Source: Dehalococcoidia bacterium (lineage in GTDB: Bacteria > Chloroflexota > Dehalococcoidia > Lucifugimonadales > Australimonadaceae). From it: a DNA stretch of 64,000 bases. The stretch is from assembly GCA_965206315.1 (NCBI GenBank), contig OZ242210.1:258822-322821 (forward strand). Reading direction: 5' to 3'. The notes under the pieces were generated by a model. That model saw only the letters and a program-made list of their open reading frames with translations. It was not told where the DNA came from and did not search any database. The position numbers were made by a program, and so were the translations under genes. Shown here piece after piece: positions 1-8,600 of the stretch (the stretch's first letter is position 1; each line of letters begins with the position of its first letter).

Positions 1-592
1 GCCAGCCGAGCGCCAGGATGCCGTACACGGTACGGCGCCAGCCGGTACTGCGGTCGCGGATGATGGCGAGGTCGGGTATGAGCGCGGTGTAGACGAACAG
101 CGAGCTGGACGTGAGGTAGGTGATGATGGCGGTGGGGTCCCACACCAGCGGAGAGCGTACGTCCGGCCAGATGCCGCGCGCCCAGTCGTACGGGAACACC
201 CAGTAGAAGATGCGCCAAGGCCTGCCTGCGTGGATGAGCGGCTGCAGCAAGGAGGTCATCAGCGCGAAGACCGTCATGGTCTCCGCCGCGCGCACCATCG
301 GCCTGCGCCACTCCGCCTGGCTCAGCCGCAGGATGGCGGAGATCATCACGCCCGCGTGGCTGATGCCGACCCAGAAGATGAAGTTGGTGATGAAGAAGCC
401 CCAGAAGATGGGCTGCTGCAAGCCGGTGACACCCAACCCCTGGTTCATCATGAAGCCGAACGCGCTCGCGGCGCCGGCGACGATGAGCCCCAGGATGGAG
501 ACGATAACGACCCACCACATGGGCGTCCTGAGGACGACGTCCAGGAGTTCCCTGTTTATCTGTGCGTCGGTTAGCGTTCTGCGGTAATACAT
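1..592 (-). CDS. NrfD/PsrC-family polytopic membrane subunit (ActF/ActC-like) of an Alternative-Complex-III-like oxidoreductase; 5' part only, gene runs off the left edge
   Basis: Absent from the ORF track because it is truncated. My reverse-strand translation from ATG at 590-592 gives MYYRRTLTDAQINRELLDVVLRTPMWWVVIVSILGLIVAGAASAFGFMMNQGLGVTGLQQPIFWGFFITNFIFWVGISHAGVMISAILRL..., a typical NrfD N-terminus. It starts 25 nt after the stop of the preceding NrfD-like gene. Confidence 0.75.
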   Translation of the reverse strand, partial: MYYRRTLTDAQINRELLDVVLRTPMWWVVIVSILGLIVAGAASAFGFMMNQGLGVTGLQQPIFWGFFITNFIFWVGISHAGVMISAILRLSQAEWRRPMVRAAETMTVFALMTSLLQPLIHAGRPWRIFYWVFPYDWARGIWPDVRSPLVWDPTAIITYLTSSSLFVYTALIPDLAIIRDRSTGWRRTVYGILALGW

Positions 593-617
593 CCGGCTGT
601 TGTCCGTGCCTGTGCGG

Positions 618-1997
618 CTAGTGCGACTTGGCTATCACTCTTGCGTAGCGGTTCAGGTAACGCCTCACCTTCACGAGTCTGAGTCCTTCGCCGACCTCCC
701 AGATGGAGACCACCGGGATGATCTTGCTGACGAGCATGAAGAGCAGCACGCATCCGGAGATCGCACCGACCATGATGAGCAGGTCCGGCGCGTCGGGCCA
801 CTGCGTTGCAGGGCGGGGGTGCATCACGTGCTGGCTCGGGTCTGCGACCGAGAAGGCCGAGACGTAGAGCCGCACCTGGTTCACGAGCGCTCCGATGACC
901 ACGCCCGTGCCAACGAGCGCGGGGCCCCATACGCTGCGGCGCACGGGGTTCCATACCAGTGCAATGAGCGGGCCGATGAAGTTGAGGAAGAAGGAGATCA
1001 TCAACGCACCGCGGTACTCGTCCAGCACCAGCAGGCGGATGACCTCGCTCTCGCCGGGCTGGCGTCCGTACCAGAAGGTGATGAAGCTCGCCCACCAGAA
1101 GTAGAACCAGAGCAGGGAGAACGCCAGCAACGGCTTGGAAAGCGCCCAGAACTGCTCCACGCTGAAGTACTTCTCATAGTTCCCCAACCGGCGCATCAGG
1201 TACATGGTGAGCAGGGTCATGCCCACCGCGCCCTGCAGGCCGTTGACCACCACCGTCGCGGGGATGATGGCGTCCTTCAACCCCGGTATCAGGCCGTGGT
1301 GGAAGTCCGAGATCATGAGCGTCTGCACGAGTGGATACGTGAGCAGGTACATCGCCCCGGCGAGCAGCGAACCCTGGTAGAGCACGCGCCACTGACGGAC
1401 ACCGCCGACCCACCCAAGCGACAGCCACTTGATGACGCGTTGGCGCTGGGAGGCGGGGAGGTGGTCCCGCGCCGCCGCGAGATCAGGCAGGGCAACGGCC
1501 CACAGCAGGGTGAGGCCGATGAACACCAGCGTGCCATAGCCGATGATGTCCCACACTCCGGGCGCGCCCAGCGGGAACTCGAACCAGATGGTGTACCTGC
1601 CGTTGATGGAAGGCAGTGCAATGAGCGCGGGGATGAGCATGAGGACGACGAGCAGGCCGGTAATGGCCATGTTCTCTGTCACGCGCGTAAGGGGCCGTCG
1701 CCAGTTCGCCTTCGCGAGACGCAGCCCTGCCGAGATGACCGGCATGGCGGTGAACGTGGTAACGATGAAGGCAAGCGTCGCTACGAGGTAACCCCAGTTG
1801 GCGCGGTTCTCGTCGCTGAACCCTTCCGACAGGCGGATGATGAACCCAACCACCCCAAGGACGAACAGGAACGCGAGCACCGTCACCCAGCCCCAGTACC
1901 GGTGACCCAGGTCCTGGAAGCGGCCGAGCACGTCCCTCGCGACGTCCTGATGCGTCGGGAGAGGGCCGGCCGTGAGTTCGTGTTCGCCGTTATGCAT
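618..1997 (-). CDS. NrfD/PsrC-family integral membrane quinone-interacting subunit (ActC-like)
   Basis: 459-aa ORF with many predicted TM helices and NrfD-like motifs. It lies directly downstream of the FeS and molybdopterin-like subunits, and its start overlaps the FeS gene stop by 8 nt. Confidence 0.8.
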   Translation of the reverse strand: MHNGEHELTAGPLPTHQDVARDVLGRFQDLGHRYWGWVTVLAFLFVLGVVGFIIRLSEGFSDENRANWGYLVATLAFIVTTFTAMPVISAGLRLAKANWRRPLTRVTENMAITGLLVVLMLIPALIALPSINGRYTIWFEFPLGAPGVWDIIGYGTLVFIGLTLLWAVALPDLAAARDHLPASQRQRVIKWLSLGWVGGVRQWRVLYQGSLLAGAMYLLTYPLVQTLMISDFHHGLIPGLKDAIIPATVVVNGLQGAVGMTLLTMYLMRRLGNYEKYFSVEQFWALSKPLLAFSLLWFYFWWASFITFWYGRQPGESEVIRLLVLDEYRGALMISFFLNFIGPLIALVWNPVRRSVWGPALVGTGVVIGALVNQVRLYVSAFSVADPSQHVMHPRPATQWPDAPDLLIMVGAISGCVLLFMLVSKIIPVVSIWEVGEGLRLVKVRRYLNRYARVIAKSH

Positions 1998-2700
1998 GAG
2001 CGTCTACCTGCTTCAGGTACTTCACGCTGGGGTTGGTGCCAAGTCCTTCCAACACACGGAAGGCGCGCTCGTCCTCCCACTTCTGCGAGACGCGAGAGCC
2101 AGGGTTGTTGAGGTTGCCGAACGTCATGGCGTCGGTCGGGCACGCCTGCACGCACGCGGGGTTGAATGCCTGGTCCTCCACCTCCTTGCCACCCCGGGTG
2201 CTCCGGCGGATGCGCTGGATGCAGAAGGTGCACTTCTCCATGATGCCGCGCGTCCGCACCGTAACGTCCGGGTTCAACTGGTTCCGGAGGTCTTCGGGCC
2301 AGACCGGCTCCCAGTAGTTGAACAGCCGGGCGTGGTACGGGCAGTTGTTGCCGCAGAAGCGTGTGCCCACACAGCGGTTGTACACCTGTACGTTCAGTCC
2401 CTCGTTGTTGTGGTAGGTCGCATATACCGGGCAGACAGACTCGCACGGGGCGTTGTCGCAGTGCTGGCAGAGCACCGGCAGGAAGCGCGCCTTGATGTCC
2501 GGGTAGTCGCCTTCCCAGTAGCGCTCCACGCGTATCCACTCAATGGCCCGACCGTCGAGGAAGGCGGTCTGATCGTTGAGCGGGATGTTGTTCTCAGACT
2601 GACAGGCGATGACGCATGCCTGGCAACCGGTGCAGCGGTCCAGGTCTATGACCATCCCCCATTTGTGTTCTGCCCGTGTGCTCTGTGTACGCGTCGCCAT
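1990..2700 (-). CDS. 4Fe-4S ferredoxin-type iron-sulfur subunit (ActB2/PsrB-like)
   Basis: Contains CTGCQACVIAC, CQHCDNAPC, CVGTRFCGNNCP and CTFC...CVQACP cluster motifs. Start moved to the internal ATG at 2698-2700 (MATRTQSTRAEHKWGMVIDLDRC), which lies 13 nt after the upstream gene's stop. Confidence 0.85.
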   Translation of the reverse strand: MATRTQSTRAEHKWGMVIDLDRCTGCQACVIACQSENNIPLNDQTAFLDGRAIEWIRVERYWEGDYPDIKARFLPVLCQHCDNAPCESVCPVYATYHNNEGLNVQVYNRCVGTRFCGNNCPYHARLFNYWEPVWPEDLRNQLNPDVTVRTRGIMEKCTFCIQRIRRSTRGGKEVEDQAFNPACVQACPTDAMTFGNLNNPGSRVSQKWEDERAFRVLEGLGTNPSVKYLKQVDAHA

Positions 2701-2713
2701 GAAGTCCTGTTTC

Positions 2714-4933
2714 CTATGCCTTGTGCACGAATATGAGTTCTTCGCCATGGAGCTGGCGGGCGGGCTCGAGGCCTTCCAACTTCGGAATCACCCTCGTCCG
2801 GGTGGTGCCGGAGATGCGGACGCGGGTGCCGCCCCAGGCGAATGCCCCGGTCTCTGCATCTTCCGCAGGCTCCAGTATGTCCAGCACGTTCGCACCGCGC
2901 CGTGCCGCGTAACTCGTAAAGGCCCGGTGACCCTGGCCCATGGGCACAGCGGCCACGTCGGGAGGCGTGGCGGGGTTGACGTAGACCGGCACGCGGATGG
3001 TGCGGCCCGTAGACGACTCCACGATGACGACGTCGTTGTTCTTGAGCCCCATCTCATCGGCGGTGTGCGGGTTGAGCTCCACCCACGTGTCCCACGCCGC
3101 GCTGGTGAGGGGGTCCGGCGCCGACTGTGCCCACGGGAGATGCGCGTACTGTCCTGCGCCTACTCCGATGCCCTCGAACGGCACGAGGTGGAGCGGGTAG
3201 CGGTCCGGATCAGCCGATGAAACCGCCGGCGCGCTCCTCGCAAGTTCAGGCAGAGCAGGCCGTGAGCCGTCCGCCGTTGCACCCGTGTCCCACCAACCGC
3301 CGCGCTCCAGCGTTCGCTTCCAGAACTCCGCGAACGTGGGCTGCACGACGGAGCCGCGTCCCCGCTCGTGCAGGTCCTGCGCGAGCGAGCGCACTGCCTC
3401 ACGCATGTTCTCCCACGGCAGACCGGGCAGGCCGAGTTGACTCCCTGTCTGCAGCAGAACGTCGCCGAAGCTCAGCGTGTCGTGGAAGCGGTTCACCGCA
3501 GGCTGCTGGAAGCCGATGGTCGTGTAGCCGGGGCCGGGGTTCGGCTCGTCCGTGCCCCACTCTTCCAACGGGGTGTGGCACGGCAGGATGAGGTCGGCAA
3601 GCTCGCTCGTCTCATCGAGGAAGCTGGAGAAGCTGACGATAGTGTCGACGCTGCGCAGCGCGCCACGGGCATCGAGCGCACCGGGCAGGCCGTAGGCCAG
3701 ATCCGACTCGCGCACGAGCACGGCGGTGATGTCGCCGGAGCGCATGTCGGCGAGCGTCTGCTTCCATTCACGCAGCGAGGCAGAACTGACCCGCCCGCTG
3801 ATCGGTTCAGGGTTGAAAACGAGTCCGCCGGAACGGTTCACCGACCCCACGAGCGCATTGAGCGCGTAGACCGCAAGCATGTTGAACAGGCCGTTCGCCT
3901 GGGCTGCCGCCGGGCCGCCCCCGATAACGAGTGCGGGGTGATGCTTCTTGTCCGCCAGTTCGTGGGCCAGTTCGGAGATAACGTGCGCATCAACACCGAT
4001 GCGCGCCGCTACCCGCTCAGGAGCGAAAGCCTGCAACGCCCTCGCGCCGTGCCCTCCGGTCAACTCGGACGCCGCGTCCGAGTCCGCCGTGCCTTCGTCG
4101 ATCATCGTGTACGCGATCGACATCGCCAGCAGCCCCTCTGAACCGGGGGTTGCGTACACCCAGTGGTCGGCGGCTGCCGCCGTGGTGGAGTAACGTGCGC
4201 CGACGTGCACCAGGCGTCCGCGCGAGCGGCCATCGCCCTGGCGGAACTCGCCGTAGCCGCGCGAGAAATGCGTGGGGTTGACCCACGTGCCCAGGAAGTC
4301 GGCGCCGAAGTTGAGTATGTAGCTCGCGTGCGCGATGTCGAAGTCGGGTTGCGCGTTCTGGCCATAGAGCTGACGCAGCGCCTCCCGGGCAACGCTCTCG
4401 CAGCCGAGCGCGTCGAAGCCCTGGAGCCGTATGCCGGAGCCGTCTGCGAACGCCTGCACGACATCGGCGGCACGCCCACGCAGCAACGGGGTCGTGAGCA
4501 GCACCTCGTTCGGGTCGCGGTCGCTGATGATGGCGGCGAGCCGCTCGATGCCCTCGGTCCAGTCGATACTGCGGAACGGCCCGCCCTTGGCGATACGGAG
4601 CAGCGGGTGCTTGATCCTGTCAGGATGGTAGAGCGCCTGCAGCAGGGCCTCGGCACGGATGCCGTGCTTGCCGGTGTTTACCGGATGGTCCGGGTTGCCT
4701 TCTATCTTCTTGGCACGGCCTTCCATCACCCGGACGAGCAGTCCTTCGCTCGCCAGACCGAGTTGGGCAGCAGTGGCGTAGTAGTTGTCTCTGCCGGTGA
4801 CGAGGTCTTCCGGCATCTCGACGGGGCTCTGGACCTGGATCTCGTGGTCCGGTACCCGGCAGCCGTTGAAGACGACAGCGCCGATGCCGGTCACGCCCGC
4901 CCATTTGAGAAACTGTCTGCGAGTCAGCGCCAT
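2714..4933 (-). CDS. Tat-exported molybdopterin-oxidoreductase-like subunit lacking the N-terminal FS0 cysteines (ActB1-like)
   Basis: Twin-arginine signal MALTRRQFLKWAGVTGIGAVV. 739 aa with a Mo-bisPGD-family layout, but the usual N-terminal CxxCxxxC...C cluster region reads YYATAAQLGLASEG...NTGKHGIRAE with no Cys, as expected for cofactor-less ACIII ActB. Confidence 0.8.
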   Translation of the reverse strand: MALTRRQFLKWAGVTGIGAVVFNGCRVPDHEIQVQSPVEMPEDLVTGRDNYYATAAQLGLASEGLLVRVMEGRAKKIEGNPDHPVNTGKHGIRAEALLQALYHPDRIKHPLLRIAKGGPFRSIDWTEGIERLAAIISDRDPNEVLLTTPLLRGRAADVVQAFADGSGIRLQGFDALGCESVAREALRQLYGQNAQPDFDIAHASYILNFGADFLGTWVNPTHFSRGYGEFRQGDGRSRGRLVHVGARYSTTAAAADHWVYATPGSEGLLAMSIAYTMIDEGTADSDAASELTGGHGARALQAFAPERVAARIGVDAHVISELAHELADKKHHPALVIGGGPAAAQANGLFNMLAVYALNALVGSVNRSGGLVFNPEPISGRVSSASLREWKQTLADMRSGDITAVLVRESDLAYGLPGALDARGALRSVDTIVSFSSFLDETSELADLILPCHTPLEEWGTDEPNPGPGYTTIGFQQPAVNRFHDTLSFGDVLLQTGSQLGLPGLPWENMREAVRSLAQDLHERGRGSVVQPTFAEFWKRTLERGGWWDTGATADGSRPALPELARSAPAVSSADPDRYPLHLVPFEGIGVGAGQYAHLPWAQSAPDPLTSAAWDTWVELNPHTADEMGLKNNDVVIVESSTGRTIRVPVYVNPATPPDVAAVPMGQGHRAFTSYAARRGANVLDILEPAEDAETGAFAWGGTRVRISGTTRTRVIPKLEGLEPARQLHGEELIFVHKA

Positions 4934-4942
4934 TCGTTCTTC

Positions 4943-5527
4943 CTAGTAGTGGCACGTTGTGCAATCGGTCGGTGCACTGTATTCGCGGTGACAGTCGACG
5001 CAATCGCGCATCTTCAAGTTACGGACCTGCTCGACGACCTCCATGCTCGCGACGTCTCCGTGGCACGTGGAGCAGGGGAAGCCTTGCTGGATATGCGGGG
5101 CGTGCACGAACTGCACGTGGTCGGGAAGACGATGAACACGCACCCAGTTGACGGGATCGGGCCCTTCCAGCGGGTCTCCTATGAGTTTGGCTATCTCAGT
5201 TTCAGCCGTGGGTGAGGAGGACTGCTCGCCCGTGATGCGGGTGAAGTCATGGCAGAACTGGCACTGCGCCACGGCAGGGACGGTGGCCGCCTCCTCCGTG
5301 GAGACGGTGCGATGGCAGAACTGGCAGTCCAGTCCGGCAGTGGTCACGTGCACCGTGTGGGGGAACGCTATCGGCTGTGTGGGGCCGTCCCCGAAACCGA
5401 GAACGGCGGGAGGCTGTGCCCACCAGGCCTGTACGAAGAAGTAGGCCACGAAGGCGAGAACCAGAGCTGCAACGAGACCGATGACCGGAACAGCTATCTT
5501 GATCAGGGAGTTGCTCATCGCCTGCAC
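4943..5527 (-). CDS. membrane-anchored pentaheme cytochrome c (ActA-like)
   Basis: N-terminal TM helix plus five CxxCH motifs (CQFCH, CQFCH, CSTCH, CVDCH, CTTCH). First structural gene of the operon. Confidence 0.85.
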   Translation of the reverse strand: MQAMSNSLIKIAVPVIGLVAALVLAFVAYFFVQAWWAQPPAVLGFGDGPTQPIAFPHTVHVTTAGLDCQFCHRTVSTEEAATVPAVAQCQFCHDFTRITGEQSSSPTAETEIAKLIGDPLEGPDPVNWVRVHRLPDHVQFVHAPHIQQGFPCSTCHGDVASMEVVEQVRNLKMRDCVDCHREYSAPTDCTTCHY

Positions 5528-5544
5528 GCCGGGGTACCCCGGCC

Positions 5545-5847
5545 CTACTGCGCCCCCCTGTAGAACAGATCAGATATGAGGTCCAACCTTTCGATGAAGA
5601 GCGAGATGGCGTAGAACCCAAGCAGCAGGAAGAGGACCGCCCCTGCGTAGAGCGGGATACGGATGCGGCGAGCCACATGGGCGGGGATGTCGCGCGAGAC
5701 AGCCAGGGACGGAATCATGCCGTGGGCAAGGAGCATGCACGCTCCGAAGCCAAGGGCCGAGCCGAGGAGGAACCAGAGCGCTGCAAGGAGATCAGCAGCA
5801 GCAGCCCAGTCGGATGCCGTCATGAACGTGGGGTCTGGGCCGGTCAT
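5545..5847 (-). CDS. small two-TM membrane protein of unknown function, upstream of the ACIII-like operon
   Basis: 100-aa ORF with two hydrophobic helices, same strand, 17 nt upstream of the cytochrome gene. No recognisable family. Confidence 0.45.
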   Translation of the reverse strand: MTGPDPTFMTASDWAAAADLLAALWFLLGSALGFGACMLLAHGMIPSLAVSRDIPAHVARRIRIPLYAGAVLFLLLGFYAISLFIERLDLISDLFYRGAQ

Positions 5848-6031
5848 TCACATCGTCCGAGGGCCTGGGTTTCAAACAGCGTCACCGGAAGCCCTGCCTG
5901 CTTCTGGATTGGGCGGAGAGACGCTGCGTGAACATACCATCGGCGATCCTCCCGCCAGGAAGAGCACGTTAAACCACCTTCAGGGCAGGTGTCAACAGTT
6001 TGTGATGAATTTCGCACACGGGCTGGACGAC

Positions 6032-6059
6032 TTGCAATCTACCGCTGTCCGCCTACAAT
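6032..6059 (+). promoter_or_regulatory. sigma-70-like promoter (TTGCAA-16 nt-TACAAT)
   Basis: -35 TTGCAA at 6032-6037 and -10 TACAAT at 6054-6059 with a 16-nt spacer, about 40 nt upstream of the 6102 ORF. Confidence 0.35.
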
Positions 6060-6101
6060 TATCCGCCGTGGCCGGCCTGGCCGCAGGAGCGTAGCGGACG
6101 A

Positions 6102-6317
6102 ATGGCAGGATCGAACGAAACGACCGCCCGGAACACCGTGACCCGACGCGGCTTTCTGAAACGGGCAGCCCTGGTGGGAGCCGCGGCGTCGGCTCTGGGC
6201 ATCCTCTCCAGAGGACGCATCGGCGGCATCGGGCAGCAAGGGCGCTCCACACCTGCCGACCTCCCCGGCGCAGGCTCCATCTTCCAACCCAGAGGCGACA
6301 CGCGGATCCAGCGCTGA
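6102..6317 (+). CDS. small ORF (71 aa) with a twin-arginine signal peptide and only about 40 mature residues; possibly a gene remnant
   Basis: MAGSNETTARNTVTRRGFLKRAALVGAAASALG is a textbook Tat leader. AGGAG lies 11 nt upstream. No homolog recognised. Confidence 0.3.
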   Translation: MAGSNETTARNTVTRRGFLKRAALVGAAASALGILSRGRIGGIGQQGRSTPADLPGAGSIFQPRGDTRIQR

Positions 6318-6407
6318 GCGCCACGAATCGCGCGTATTCCTGCTGATTCGCAAGGAACGCGTCGCAGATTTCCCCTCTCACGGCGATTAACATTCCTCTA
6401 ATCGTTG

Positions 6408-6457
6408 ACGATGCATGAATCCTCTTATACGATGCATCCGCATCCTGACGATGCGCC
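6408..6457. promoter_or_regulatory. three direct repeats (G/T)ACGATGC(A/G) phased exactly 20 bp apart, upstream of the Lrp/AsnC gene; candidate operator array
   Basis: gacgatgcat at 6408, tacgatgcat at 6428, gacgatgcgc at 6448. TTGACG at 6405 overlaps the first repeat. Confidence 0.35.
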
Positions 6458-6491
6458 ATAGCATGCTCAGCGCTCGTGTGCGGAGGACGTC

Positions 6492-6935
6492 TTGGACAAC
6501 ATCGACCGACGGATCATCGAAACCCTCCAACAGGACGGCCGCGCCTCTCACGCGCAGATGGCCCGCGAGTTGGGGCTGAGTGAGGGAACCGCCCGCCGCC
6601 GTCTTGCCAAGCTGCTGCAGGACAAGGTCATCAAAGTCGCCGCGATCCCGGACCCGGAACGCCTCGGCTACCACACGTCCGCGTTCATCGGGCTGCAGGT
6701 GGACCCGTCACGAGTTGAAGCCGTGGCAGACGAACTGGCCGAGCTGGCGGAGGCGGAGCACGTCTCCATCACCACCGGCAGTTACGACATCTTCATCTGG
6801 GTCAACCTGACGAGCTCCGAGGCTCTCGCCTCGTTCCTGCACAACAAGGTGGGCATCGTGGAGGGAATCCGGCACACAGAGACGTTCGTCAGTCTGGAGA
6901 CACGCAAGCGCGCCCTCGGCGCCGGGATGGTGTAG
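6492..6935 (+). CDS. Lrp/AsnC-family transcriptional regulator
   Basis: LDNIDRRIIETLQQDGRASHAQMARELGLSEGTARRRL HTH followed by a RAM/AsnC_trans_reg domain. TTG start with GGAGGA 4 nt upstream. Confidence 0.9.
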   Translation: MDNIDRRIIETLQQDGRASHAQMARELGLSEGTARRRLAKLLQDKVIKVAAIPDPERLGYHTSAFIGLQVDPSRVEAVADELAELAEAEHVSITTGSYDIFIWVNLTSSEALASFLHNKVGIVEGIRHTETFVSLETRKRALGAGMV

Positions 6936-6988
6936 CAACCCTCGTCGGTTGACACATACCGGGGCTCTCCGTAGCATGAAATGACCGG

Positions 6989-7064
<76 letters not shown>

Positions 7065-7092
7065 GGCTGTAAGGGGCCCGGTGCTGGCACGA

Positions 7093-7167
7093 GCGGAAGT
7101 GGCTCAGGGGTAGAGCGTCTCCTTGCCAAGGAGAAGGTCGCGGGTTCAAATCCCGTCTTCCGCTCCA
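7093..7167 (+). tRNA. tRNA-Gly (anticodon GCC), CCA encoded
   Basis: Acceptor stem gcggaag/cttccgc, anticodon stem-loop tctcc-ttGCCaa-ggaga, T-arm gcgggttcaaatcccgt, 3' tcca. Confidence 0.95.
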
Positions 7168-7276
7168 GCTTCATCCCATACATCGCCCAAACCCCATCGA
7201 TCTGAGCTTCAGGCCTGAGCAGCGTGTTCTGCCGACAGGCCCGGCTACAGCACGCTCCGCTATAATCCTGACCAGC

Positions 7277-7362
7277 GCCGAAGTGGCGGAATGGTAGACG
7301 CGACGGTCTCAAAAACCGTTGAGGGCAACCTCATGCCGGTTCGAATCCGGCCTTCGGCACCA
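7277..7362 (+). tRNA. tRNA-Leu (anticodon CAA), long variable arm, CCA encoded
   Basis: Acceptor stem gccgaag/cttcggc, anticodon loop ctCAAaa, variable arm gagggcaacctc, T-arm gccggttcgaatccggc. TATAAT at 7261-7266 lies 10 nt upstream. Confidence 0.95.
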
Positions 7363-7405
7363 GTATCCCTCCATCGGTCACAGTACAAGGGCAGCCATCC
7401 GTTGG

Positions 7406-8590
7406 ATGTCCGGGACCGCCCTGCTATATGCTGCGGCCGTGAACAGCCAGCCCTATACGATCCATGTCACAGACCGCGTCCTCGACGACCTGCGTGAGCG
7501 GCTCGCCAGGACCCGGTGGCCGGACGCGGTCGATGGCGCCGGCTGGGACTACGGGGCCAACCTCGACTACGTCCGCGAGCTGGCAGAGTACTGGCGCACG
7601 GGGTTCGACTGGCGTGCTCAGGAAGCGCGGCTGAACTCGCTGCCCAACTATCGGGCCGAGGTCGGCGGACTGGGCATCCATTTCATCCACGTCCGCGGCA
7701 ACGGCCCCCATCCCCTGCCGATCGTGCTGACCCACGGCTGGCCGAGCACGTTCCTCGAAGAGCTGGAGGTGCTCCCCCTGCTCTCCGACCCTGCGGCGCA
7801 CGGCGGGGACGCTGCCGACGCTTTCGACGTCGTCATCCCGTCGCTGCCGGGCTACGGCTTCTCCGACCGACCGTCGGAGAAGGGCATGAGCGCGAAGCGC
7901 ACCGCCGCGCTGTGGTCGGAGCTCATGCAGGGACTCGGCTACTCCCGGTTCGTGGCCCACGGGGGCGACTGGGGCGCTGCCGTCACCACGCAGCTCGGCC
8001 TCGGGCATTCCGATCGTGTCGCCGCGGTCCATCTGACCTCGGCAACCATCGTCGGGCCGCACCTCGGCGAGGGGTCTGCGCCGCTCAGCGCAGCCGAACA
8101 GGCGCTCGTCAAGCACCGGGACTGGTGGCAGGCCACCGAGCATGGGTACTCGCACGAACAGCGTACGAAGCCGTTGACGCTCGCCTACGGGCTCAGCGAC
8201 TCACCCGTCGGGATGCTGGCCTGGATCGTCGAGAAGTTCTGGAAGTGGAGCGACAACCGGGGCGACGTCGAGGAGCGGTTCACCAGGGACGAGCTGCTCA
8301 CGAACGCGACGGTCTACTGGGCCACGCAGACGATCTCGTCGTCCGTCCGGTTCTACAAGGAGTCGGCGGAGGACCCGGTGCGCCTTGGACCCGGCGAGCG
8401 GGTCGAGGTGCCCACCGGCTTCGCGATATTCCCCGGCGATTCGAGCCAGCCGCCGCGCGAATGGGCCGAGCGCTCCTACAACGTCCAGCGCTACACGTTG
8501 ATGCCGAGCGGCGGACACTTCGGCGCATGGGAAGAGCCGGAGCTGTTGGCGAACGAGTTGCGGGAGTTCTTCCGGCCGCTCCGGGGCTAG
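7406..8590 (+). CDS. epoxide hydrolase (EHN N-terminal domain plus alpha/beta hydrolase fold)
   Basis: Motifs PYTIHVTDRVLDDLRERLARTRWPD, GLGIHFIHVRG, THGWPSTF and HGGDWGA. Start moved to the ATG at 7406 because the longer ORF overlaps tRNA-Leu. Confidence 0.85.
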   Translation: MSGTALLYAAAVNSQPYTIHVTDRVLDDLRERLARTRWPDAVDGAGWDYGANLDYVRELAEYWRTGFDWRAQEARLNSLPNYRAEVGGLGIHFIHVRGNGPHPLPIVLTHGWPSTFLEELEVLPLLSDPAAHGGDAADAFDVVIPSLPGYGFSDRPSEKGMSAKRTAALWSELMQGLGYSRFVAHGGDWGAAVTTQLGLGHSDRVAAVHLTSATIVGPHLGEGSAPLSAAEQALVKHRDWWQATEHGYSHEQRTKPLTLAYGLSDSPVGMLAWIVEKFWKWSDNRGDVEERFTRDELLTNATVYWATQTISSSVRFYKESAEDPVRLGPGERVEVPTGFAIFPGDSSQPPREWAERSYNVQRYTLMPSGGHFGAWEEPELLANELREFFRPLRG

Positions 8591-8600
8591 TTCGCTGCGA

